Below the pieces are notes generated by a model that saw only the letters and a program-made list of their open reading frames with translations, was not told the origin of the DNA and did no database searches. From a virus (lineage: Duplodnaviria > Caudoviricetes), in the IMG/VR virus record IMGVR_UViG_3300005764_000068, positions 1-27,362 of that record: a DNA stretch of 27,362 nucleotides. One strand, written 5' to 3'. Position 1 is the stretch's first letter. Each line of letters begins with the position of its first letter. The translations under genes and the position numbers were made by a program. Positions 7,945 through 14,706 of this stretch are shown in pieces.

Positions 7945-8721
7945 ATGCTGATCAGCTATTCGTCCAATTTGGAAGATGTTCTGCTGACGCGCGTCTTTCA
8001 CAATCTGCACGACGGGCGCTACATCGACGTCGGCAGCTTTCGCCCGACCGAAGAGTCGAACACGATGGCGCTCTACTCGCGCGGTTGGCATGGCGTAGCG
8101 GTCGATCCGATTTACAAGTTCGAGACCGAGTGGGCGCGCAGATGGAAGATGCTGCGGCCGCGCGACACGATGCTCTACGATGCGGTGGGCGCGGCGCCGG
8201 GCCAGATCGAATACTTCCTGTGCAACTTCCGCGGTCTATCGACCTGCTCGCAGGCGGTGCTCACGCGACATCTGGGTCTGAGCGACACCAACAAGAAGGG
8301 CGAGGGCACGATGGTCGGCGTCACCACGCTCGACGAGATCATCGCGAAGTGCCTGGACGGAAAGGTGCCCGAGCTTATCTGCATCGACGTCGAGGGCATG
8401 GAGGGCGACGTTCTCAAGGGCATCGATCTCGCGAAAAATCGGCCGTGGTTGTTCGTGGTCGAGGCCTATTACAGCGCCGATTTGATGCCGCATTATCCGG
8501 ACTGGGAGCCACTGCTGACGGGGAAAGACTACGGGTGTGTGTGGGATGACCGCGTCAATCGGTGGTACTTGGCGGGCGAGCGCGCTGCGGTAGTGGACGG
8601 CGCGTTCGCTTTCCCGCCCAACGTCACCGACAACTACACGACTTACACGGAGTTGAAGCTGCAGCAGCGGCTTGAGGAGTACGAGAGTTCACGCGCGACT
8701 TGGCTCACCAGGAGAGGATGA
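7945..8721 (+). CDS. FkbM-family SAM-dependent methyltransferase
   Basis: ISYSSNLEDVLL...YIDVGS...SNT..LY.RGW.G..VDP...TTLD...IDVEGMEGDVLKGID...RPW..VVE. Confidence 0.9.
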   Translation: MLISYSSNLEDVLLTRVFHNLHDGRYIDVGSFRPTEESNTMALYSRGWHGVAVDPIYKFETEWARRWKMLRPRDTMLYDAVGAAPGQIEYFLCNFRGLSTCSQAVLTRHLGLSDTNKKGEGTMVGVTTLDEIIAKCLDGKVPELICIDVEGMEGDVLKGIDLAKNRPWLFVVEAYYSADLMPHYPDWEPLLTGKDYGCVWDDRVNRWYLAGERAAVVDGAFAFPPNVTDNYTTYTELKLQQRLEEYESSRATWLTRRG

Positions 8722-8900
8722 TGGCAGCGCAGACGCACGAATACATGGTGGTCGAGGAGCGGCTGGGCTCTCCGCAGACGAGCCAGGACGATCTCAACAT
8801 GCATGCGCGCGATGGTTGGCGCCTGGTGGCGATCTCGACCATCGGGCCAATCCCGGGGCGCTGGCTGTACATGGAGCGGCCGATCAGTGTGGCCACGTGA
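8718..8900 (+). CDS. DUF4177-like small protein
   Basis: HEYMVV...LNMHARDGWRLVAI...LYMERP pattern; ATGA coupling. Confidence 0.7.
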   Translation: MMAAQTHEYMVVEERLGSPQTSQDDLNMHARDGWRLVAISTIGPIPGRWLYMERPISVAT

Positions 8901-9282
8901 GATAGCCGAGGCCAACGAGATACTGCCGCGGTTGTGGATCGGCACCTGCGCAAGCTGCGATGCGGCGCGCGGCAAGCTGTTCTGCGTCAACGTGCTGGAG
9001 AACGGGCACACCGATTCTGGTGAGTGCCTGCACTTTCGCATCCTCGGTGATGATGGCCGAGCGAAGATCGACCGCGTACGCGGCGCCGGCCGGCTGATCG
9101 ACTGGAACTGGACCAACGCGAACGGTCTCCTGGTTCACTGCGGCGCGGGCGTCGAGCGCTCGCCGCTCGTAGTGGCGATGTGGATGTGCCAGCGCTTCGC
9201 GATGACCTTAGACGAGGCCTATGGATGGATTCGGCAGCGGCGGCCACAGGCGGAGGATCGCCGTTCCTGGCTGATCGAGTGA
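8887..9282 (+). CDS. Dual-specificity (Cys-based) protein phosphatase
   Basis: EILPRLWIG N-terminus, P-loop VHCGAGVERS (HCx5R), and LDEAY..IR.RRP; likely GTG start at 8887. Confidence 0.9.
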   Translation: MWPREIAEANEILPRLWIGTCASCDAARGKLFCVNVLENGHTDSGECLHFRILGDDGRAKIDRVRGAGRLIDWNWTNANGLLVHCGAGVERSPLVVAMWMCQRFAMTLDEAYGWIRQRRPQAEDRRSWLIE

Positions 9283-12200
9283 AGGGCTATGGGCTCGGTC
9301 GTGATCCGACCGGGACCATCAAGCTGCGTGGCTCGTTCCGGGCCCAACTCAAGCTGCGGCTGCGGTTGATCGGGGCGGCACTGCGCCAGGCCTGCGGCGA
9401 GCACGATCTGCTTGCGCTGGGGCGCGACGGGCCCTTGGCGTTGCATGCGCCCTCGACGGGGCTGCTCGCGTTCCAGCATTGCTTGACGACGGCGGTGCTG
9501 CAGCAACTCGGCAACGACTGGCAGCGCGAGTTCATCGATCGGGCTTGGACCAAGGGCCTGGTTGATGCGGTCGGCGAAGTCGGAATCGATCCCGGCTACA
9601 TCTCGCCTGATCGCGAGCACGAGCTAGCCCGTGCCGAGCTACGTGGGATCGGCGAGGCAATCGTGCAGGCGCTCACGCGCGCGGCCGCGATCGCGCAGGC
9701 GCGCCGGCTGCCGCGGGTGAAGGCGCTGCGCCGGCTGGTGAAGGAGTTCGACAAGTTCAAGCCCCGCGGTGTGGCGTTCACCAACACGGCGGTGGTGGGC
9801 GCGTACAATCGGGCCAAGATCGAGGTCTACCGCGTGGCCGGCGTGACGCATGTCGGAATCACGCCAGAGATGTTGCCGCGCAAGCTCATGCGCGACGCGC
9901 GCAAGCGACCGGAGCCCGAAGAGTATGTCGGCGAGGAGGACCTCGAAGGCGTCGCCACGGCCGGCGACAACGACGTCTGCGAGGAGTGCGAGGACTATTC
10001 CGCGGATAGCCCGTATTCGAGCGACGAGATCGAGCTACCGCTGCACCCGAACTGCCGCTGCGCCGTCTTTCCCTGGTTCGATATGCGGCGCATGCCGGAG
10101 TTCGAGGAGACCGATGCCGGCGAGGACGTTGAGTTCATCCAGGACCCGCGCGGCCGCTTCGCCGGATCGCGGCCTGGCTGGGGGAAGGCCAAGGAGGGCG
10201 GTGCCTTCGAGTTCGTCTCGCCCAACATCGAGCACCTCGAACTCAAGACCGCGCAGAAGAATCTCGGGAGCGTGCGCCAGCGCGCGCTGCGCCAGGCGAG
10301 CCAGGAGATCGACCGCCAGCTAGGGATCAGGAGCGAGGACCACGACATCATCGGCGCCTGGACGGACGGTGCCGAGAACTCGATGATGAGCATCAGCCGG
10401 GCCGACTGGGATCATCTGAAACTCTCGGCGGCGATGAAGGGGCACCTGGCGGACCAGAAATCGGTCCTGGTGTTCCGGCAGACCGACCAGGGCAAGTCGG
10501 TGCTCTACAGCTTCCCGCGCACGGGATCGCTGGAGGACATCCACGCCGACCTGCTCAAGAACGGGCTTGCCTTCCACACCCTGGTGCCGCAGAAAGGCGG
10601 CGCCATGGTCTACGTGGCGGACCTGGATGGATCGCTCTATGACGCAGTCGACAAAGCCTCAACAGGATCAGACGTCGAGTACCAGTTCGGGCGCGCCGAG
10701 TTCGTCGGCACCAACATCGAGACCGGCAGCGACCGCGAGCAACGCGATAACGCACGCCGAGCTTACGAAGAAGCTATCCGACAATCCCCGATTCCGAAGG
10801 GGAACGCAGTCTGGACGCGGATACGTAATCGTTGGGGCGAAGCCCTAAATCCGGACAACGAGAGCTTCGCCTTCGGCGTCAACGGGCCTGCCAACAACAA
10901 GCTGATCGAGGCCTCGCAGAGCGAGGAGACGCGGCCGGTCGAGCAGGTGCATCTGCGCAGCGACGAGCCGGTGACCGGCTTCCTCACGCCGGAAGGTCAG
11001 GTGCTGCAGGCATTCGAGTCTCACAGCGAGAGCGCGCGCAAGGCCGGCACGAGCTTGAGCCGGGTGCAGACCGAGGGCGGCGCACGGCTGTTCTACTACC
11101 CGAAGGACTACGTCGGCGTTGATATGTACGCGCGGCCGACGCAGCAGCAGTTCCGGGCGATCGCCAGGGCGGTGGCGGAGGGCCAGGTCAAGCGGCTGTT
11201 CTTCGACAGCCACAGCGCGGCGCAGCATCTCGGCGGCGAGTTGCCGGTGACGCAGCGTGAGCTACGCGCACTGATCAACAAGCTGCATCCGGCGCTGGAG
11301 ATGACCGACGCGGACGTGGACTTCATCCGCGATCCGCTCACCGGGCAGTTCGGTGGATCGCATGGGCACGCGACCAAGCTGGAGGCGCTGCAGGCGCGGC
11401 ACCAGGCGCTGGTCAATGCGGCGCACCACGACGTCACGGTCTATCACGGCTCGCTGCTCAGTCTGACCGACAAGATCGCGGCGGAAGGATTGACGCTCAA
11501 TCACGAGCACGTCTTCGCGTCGAACCTGTACAAGGACGACCGCGGCAATGCGGTGTTCGTCACGACGAATTTCAACGATGCGGCGCAGTTCGGCCAGTTC
11601 GCGCTGAGGCGGCACGGTCAGCCTGGCGACAAGGTCGCGGTGTTCGAGGTGCACGTCCCGGAGGACGAGTGGAATCGGGATTGGCGCTACGACATGGAGG
11701 GGCTGGAGGGTTCGCGCTATTCGCCGAAGGATGTGCCGGCGGACTGGGTCAAGAAGGTCACTGTGATGGGCGGCTATCGCGAACCTAACGAGACCAGGAA
11801 GCTGCACGACGCGGCCGGCGATCGGAAGGTCTACGTCGTCTATCTCGTGCGCGAGCCGAAGGCGGCAGACGCACAGCCAGATTTCATTCAGGACCCGGCG
11901 ACCGGGAGGTTCGGCGGCTCGCATCCTGGCTGGGGCGAGCAGAAGCAAGCGCCGGCCGGCCCGCGGGTGTCGAAGCTGGAGGAGGCGCAGGCGCGGCATC
12001 GCGAGTTGATGTCGACGGCGGCGACCGGGCGGGCGCGTGGTGGCAAGGCGCACTGGACTGCCGGCGTCGGCGAGAAGCCTGGTCGGCATCCGCTCAAGGG
12101 ATACTCGAAGGAAGCGCGCATCGACGAGGAGGGCGTGATCCACACGTCCAATCTCGATGACGCGGTGAAGGCGCTGTCGGAGAACCGCAAGATCGAGTTG

Positions 12201-12752
12201 AACCAGCCGCGCGAGGTCTCGACCTTGCTCGACAAGCTCGGCGAGGTCGCAGCCGACATGATCGCCAAGGGCGAGAAGGCGCCGATCTTCGATCTGTGCA
12301 ATGTGAGCGTGAAGGGCACGAACCTGTTCTGCCACGAGGCGCACAACATCCCGCGCATCAAGATGCCGCAGGTCGAGACGGGCGAACTCGGAGAGGCCAA
12401 GTTCATCGAGTGGCTGAAAGATCGCGGCTATAAGACGACCGAGGGCGAAGAGGATGCGTCGTACCTGCGCGCATCACAGCACCAGTTGAACGGCGCCAAG
12501 GTCGCCGGCATTGCCAAGTCGTTCCGCGAGGGTAAGCGTACGGACTACAAGCTGTTCGTCTCGCGCGACAACTACGTGCTCGACGGACACCATCGCTGGG
12601 CGGCAGACGTCGGCCTGGAGGCGGCGCGCGGCGAGTTCAAGGGCCAGCGCATCAAGGTGCACCGCGTCAATGCCGGCATCATCGAACTGATCGGCCTGGC
12701 CAACAAATACACGAGCAAGCGGGCGGGCGTTGGCGATCGGCGTCAGAAGTAA
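9279..12752 (+). CDS. MuF (Mu gpF/SPP1 gp7-like) minor head protein, multidomain with four cargo domains, 1157 aa
   Basis: GTG 9279 overlaps the phosphatase stop; TAGDNDVCEEC...PLHPNCRC MuF signature (~9957-10060); then SAM-lyase-like, GFLTPEG...H, YHG-type ART and VLDGHHRW ParB/Srx segments. Confidence 0.9.
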   Translation: MKGYGLGRDPTGTIKLRGSFRAQLKLRLRLIGAALRQACGEHDLLALGRDGPLALHAPSTGLLAFQHCLTTAVLQQLGNDWQREFIDRAWTKGLVDAVGEVGIDPGYISPDREHELARAELRGIGEAIVQALTRAAAIAQARRLPRVKALRRLVKEFDKFKPRGVAFTNTAVVGAYNRAKIEVYRVAGVTHVGITPEMLPRKLMRDARKRPEPEEYVGEEDLEGVATAGDNDVCEECEDYSADSPYSSDEIELPLHPNCRCAVFPWFDMRRMPEFEETDAGEDVEFIQDPRGRFAGSRPGWGKAKEGGAFEFVSPNIEHLELKTAQKNLGSVRQRALRQASQEIDRQLGIRSEDHDIIGAWTDGAENSMMSISRADWDHLKLSAAMKGHLADQKSVLVFRQTDQGKSVLYSFPRTGSLEDIHADLLKNGLAFHTLVPQKGGAMVYVADLDGSLYDAVDKASTGSDVEYQFGRAEFVGTNIETGSDREQRDNARRAYEEAIRQSPIPKGNAVWTRIRNRWGEALNPDNESFAFGVNGPANNKLIEASQSEETRPVEQVHLRSDEPVTGFLTPEGQVLQAFESHSESARKAGTSLSRVQTEGGARLFYYPKDYVGVDMYARPTQQQFRAIARAVAEGQVKRLFFDSHSAAQHLGGELPVTQRELRALINKLHPALEMTDADVDFIRDPLTGQFGGSHGHATKLEALQARHQALVNAAHHDVTVYHGSLLSLTDKIAAEGLTLNHEHVFASNLYKDDRGNAVFVTTNFNDAAQFGQFALRRHGQPGDKVAVFEVHVPEDEWNRDWRYDMEGLEGSRYSPKDVPADWVKKVTVMGGYREPNETRKLHDAAGDRKVYVVYLVREPKAADAQPDFIQDPATGRFGGSHPGWGEQKQAPAGPRVSKLEEAQARHRELMSTAATGRARGGKAHWTAGVGEKPGRHPLKGYSKEARIDEEGVIHTSNLDDAVKALSENRKIELNQPREVSTLLDKLGEVAADMIAKGEKAPIFDLCNVSVKGTNLFCHEAHNIPRIKMPQVETGELGEAKFIEWLKDRGYKTTEGEEDASYLRASQHQLNGAKVAGIAKSFREGKRTDYKLFVSRDNYVLDGHHRWAADVGLEAARGEFKGQRIKVHRVNAGIIELIGLANKYTSKRAGVGDRRQK
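10110..10184 (+). repeat. Cargo-tag copy 2: TDAGEDVEFIQDPRGRFAGSRPGWG
   Basis: Directly after the MuF domain and before the first cargo. Confidence 0.85.
11301..11411 (+). repeat. Cargo-tag copy 3: MTDADVDFIRDPLTGQFGGSHGHATKLEALQARHQAL
   Basis: Directly before the YHG ART domain. Confidence 0.9.
11862..12008 (+). repeat. Cargo-tag copy 4: AADAQPDFIQDPATGRFGGSHPGWG...SKLEEAQARHREL
   Basis: Directly before the ParB/Srx-like cargo. Confidence 0.9.
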
Positions 12753-13003
12753 CGCGGTGCGGCGTTCGGCTTGGCGCGCCTGATGGCGGCCTCGATATCG
12801 ACGCCGATGCTGCGCAGCGCCTCGTCGGTCGAGATGCCGTGCTTCACCATGAGTTCGAGCAGCATGGCGGTGCGGGGATCGACGTCGCTGTGGCCGGAGA
12901 TGAAGCGCCGGCTCGTGCGCGGGGCGAGCCCGAGGAATCGGGCTGCCCCTTGCTGCGAGAGCTTGAGCTTGGCGATGAGCTTCGCGTAGCGCTCGGGTTT
13001 CAT
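12743..13003 (-). CDS. XRE/Cro-like HTH transcriptional regulator
   Basis: MKPERYAKLIAKLKLSQQGAARFLGLAPRTSRRFISG; ATG 13003 overlaps the upstream TGA; 3' end overlaps MuF convergently by 10 nt. Confidence 0.8.
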   Translation of the reverse strand: MKPERYAKLIAKLKLSQQGAARFLGLAPRTSRRFISGHSDVDPRTAMLLELMVKHGISTDEALRSIGVDIEAAIRRAKPNAAPRYF

Positions 13004-13260
13004 CGCTTTGAACTTGCGCATATCGAAGCCTCTGGGTTGGTCTTGCACGACTCGTCTGGCACCGAACTAAGCAGGCCATTCAAGTGGTAGTACATCGGGA
13101 CATCCATCCGGTCGCGCCACTTCGGCGTCACGCTTTGCGCGACGTACGCTAGCACGCCTAAGAGGAGCAACAGCGCCACGCCCCGCACAATGTCGCGGAG
13201 CATGACGCCGTTTAATGCCAGCAAGATGAGCACGAGAAGAATTGCGATCAGCCACAGCAT
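13000..13260 (-). CDS. Small two-TM membrane protein
   Basis: Two hydrophobic runs, C-terminal Cys pair; GAAAGG SD. Confidence 0.7.
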   Translation of the reverse strand: MLWLIAILLVLILLALNGVMLRDIVRGVALLLLLGVLAYVAQSVTPKWRDRMDVPMYYHLNGLLSSVPDESCKTNPEASICASSKR

Positions 13261-13262
13261 GT

Positions 13263-13616
13263 TTATCGCCTTTCGACCTCGAACTCGCCGACGTAGACCT
13301 GGAACTGGCCCTCTTGGGTGAGACCCCAGCCGCGGTCGGCGTCATGCTTGGCGACCAGCTTGCAGAAGTCGCCGATCGTCATAGCAGGTTCGCCGGCAGA
13401 GCCGAAGCCCGAGCTATCGACGAAGTGCTCGTCGACGAGCTTCCAGCCCTTGGGGCGATAGTCGCCGAGGTTGGGGATGCAGCGCACCGGGCCGATTTCA
13501 CCGTCGGCGAGCATCGCGCGCTGCGTCTCGCTGAACACCATCGGGAGCTTGCGCTCGCGCTTGGCGCGCTTGGCGGCCTGTTCCGACAAGTCGCGGATTG
13601 CTTGCAGTGACATCAT
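13263..13616 (-). CDS. Hypothetical phage protein
   Basis: 117 aa; FVDSSGFG..GEPAMT...GQFQVYVG; GAAAGGAAA SD. Confidence 0.8.
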   Translation of the reverse strand: MMSLQAIRDLSEQAAKRAKRERKLPMVFSETQRAMLADGEIGPVRCIPNLGDYRPKGWKLVDEHFVDSSGFGSAGEPAMTIGDFCKLVAKHDADRGWGLTQEGQFQVYVGEFEVERR

Positions 13617-13731
13617 GATCAGTTTCCTTTCGAGTTAATGCGGCGGCCAAGTCGCGCTTGAACGCCTCGTATGCGGTGCGCTCAATGCGGGCACCGTTCG
13701 CCAGTGTGATCAGTTCCAGCTTGTAGGCCAT
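13498..13731 (-). CDS. Possible small protein (MAYKLELITLANG...) or gene remnant
   Basis: Strong SD and TGATG coupling, but the frame overlaps the next gene by ~119 nt. Confidence 0.35.
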   Translation of the reverse strand: MAYKLELITLANGARIERTAYEAFKRDLAAALTRKETDHDVTASNPRLVGTGRQARQARAQAPDGVQRDAARDARRR

Positions 13732-14180
13732 CAGTTTCCTTTCCTGGTCTTGGGCGGTCCGAAGACCGGCCGGTTGCCGATCACTTGGGCCTTGCCGAAC
13801 ACGGGGTGATCGACCGTGTGCGGGGTGATCTGCTCGAAGCCTTGCACCGAGAGTTCGCCGAAGCGCACGTTGCGGCGCGCCTCTTCGAGCGTGGTCTTGG
13901 GCTCGATGCTGCCGCCCTCCTCGTCGGTCCCGAGGATGAGACCGCGGCCGGCGAGAGGCTGGGCGTAGCCGCGCCACTCGAAGAAGTAGCGCGGGTCTTT
14001 CAGGAGCCCTTCGTCGTCGACGTAAATCGCGTCGCCGTTCTGGAGGCCGACGGCCGTGAAGGTGTCGACCTCCAGTTCGTTGAGCTTGTCCGAAAGCAGT
14101 TCGTAGATGTGCCGGTAGTTTCCGGTGTGCTCCACTTCGGTGACGGTGTGGCGCACGGGATCGATCAGGAGTGCTTTCAT
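13731..14180 (-). CDS. DUF3846-like phage protein
   Basis: MKALLIDP...IYVDDEGLL...LAGRGLILGTDEEG. Confidence 0.75.
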   Translation of the reverse strand: MKALLIDPVRHTVTEVEHTGNYRHIYELLSDKLNELEVDTFTAVGLQNGDAIYVDDEGLLKDPRYFFEWRGYAQPLAGRGLILGTDEEGGSIEPKTTLEEARRNVRFGELSVQGFEQITPHTVDHPVFGKAQVIGNRPVFGPPKTRKGN

Positions 14181-14362
14181 TTCCTTTGCTCCGTTGCGGC
14201 GCGGACGAACCGATCGGCATCGAACCTGCTGTTGGTCCGCTTCAACTGCCGGGCGAACTCATCGACGATCATCTTCAGCGTAGGCTGATCGACTGCGGGC
14301 TCGTGCCGCAAGTCCCAGAGCGTGTCGGCGATGAATTGGAAGTGCCGTTTCTGCATGGTCAT
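14177..14362 (-). CDS. Small conserved phage early-type protein (HFxxIA...NxRFDxxRF)
   Basis: KRHFQFIAD...TNSRFDADRFVRAA; SD GAAAGGAA. Confidence 0.8.
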   Translation of the reverse strand: MTMQKRHFQFIADTLWDLRHEPAVDQPTLKMIVDEFARQLKRTNSRFDADRFVRAATEQRK

Positions 14363-14562
14363 TAGTGCACCGTTCCTTTCGCGTGGATGAGGCCCTGGTC
14401 GATCAGGTCGCGGGCGGTCCGCCCGAACCGGCCCTGGAGTTGCCAGGCGAGACCGGTGTCAACCAGGAATTGCCAGGCTTCGAGAACCTGGTCTTCGTTT
14501 TCGGCTTCGACGAAACCCTCGGCGATGCCGGTTGCCGTGTAGGCGTCCATTTTCTTGGTCAT
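14362..14562 (-). CDS. Small conserved phage early-type protein (DTG.AW.LQG.[FY]GRTA)
   Basis: AWQFLVDTGLAWQLQGRFGRTARDLIDQGLI; first gene after the promoter. Confidence 0.8.
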   Translation of the reverse strand: MTKKMDAYTATGIAEGFVEAENEDQVLEAWQFLVDTGLAWQLQGRFGRTARDLIDQGLIHAKGTVH

Positions 14563-14583
14563 TTCGTTTTTCCTTTCACCGTA

Positions 14584-14613
14584 AATATAGGACTTCCCGC
14601 CCTATGGGGCAAG
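14584..14613 (-). promoter_or_regulatory. Sigma70-type promoter driving the inverted operon
   Basis: Minus strand cTTGCCC-N17-TATATT (-35 at 14612-14607, -10 at 14589-14584), close to the rhizobial CTTGAC...CTATAT consensus; followed by GAAAGGA SD. Confidence 0.75.
14586..14606. promoter_or_regulatory. Operator O1 (ATAGG-N9-CCTAT)
   Basis: tATAGGacttcccgcCCTATg; covers the promoter spacer and -10. Confidence 0.7.
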
Positions 14614-14651
14614 GGTGCGGAGATGGTCGCACCTGCAACCAGGCCGAAAAG

Positions 14652-14672
14652 CATAGGTCTTTCAGGCCTATA
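14652..14672. promoter_or_regulatory. Operator O2 (ATAGG-N9-CCTAT)
   Basis: cATAGGtctttcaggCCTATa; same half-sites and spacing as O1, inverted. Confidence 0.7.
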
Positions 14673-14706
14673 GGATATGAAATGCCGCGCACAGAGGTAT
14701 GCAGAA

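Noticed and set aside
9180-9278. ORF-track start of MuF at 9180
   Set aside because: It overlaps the phosphatase by ~100 nt; GTG 9279 forms a GTGA coupling and gives a plausible RDPTGT..LR N-terminus.
6737-12008. Tag repeats as CRISPR array, intein or DGR repeats
   Set aside because: Conservation is mainly at protein level with synonymous divergence, spacing is hundreds to thousands of bp, and there are no Cas or RT genes or intein C/S...HN termini.
5036-12406. Long antisense and alternate-frame ORFs (e.g. 5828-6820 -, 7668-8549 +, 11262-12344 -)
   Set aside because: Shadow ORFs of GC-rich coding genes; Arg/Ala-rich, without motifs or SDs.
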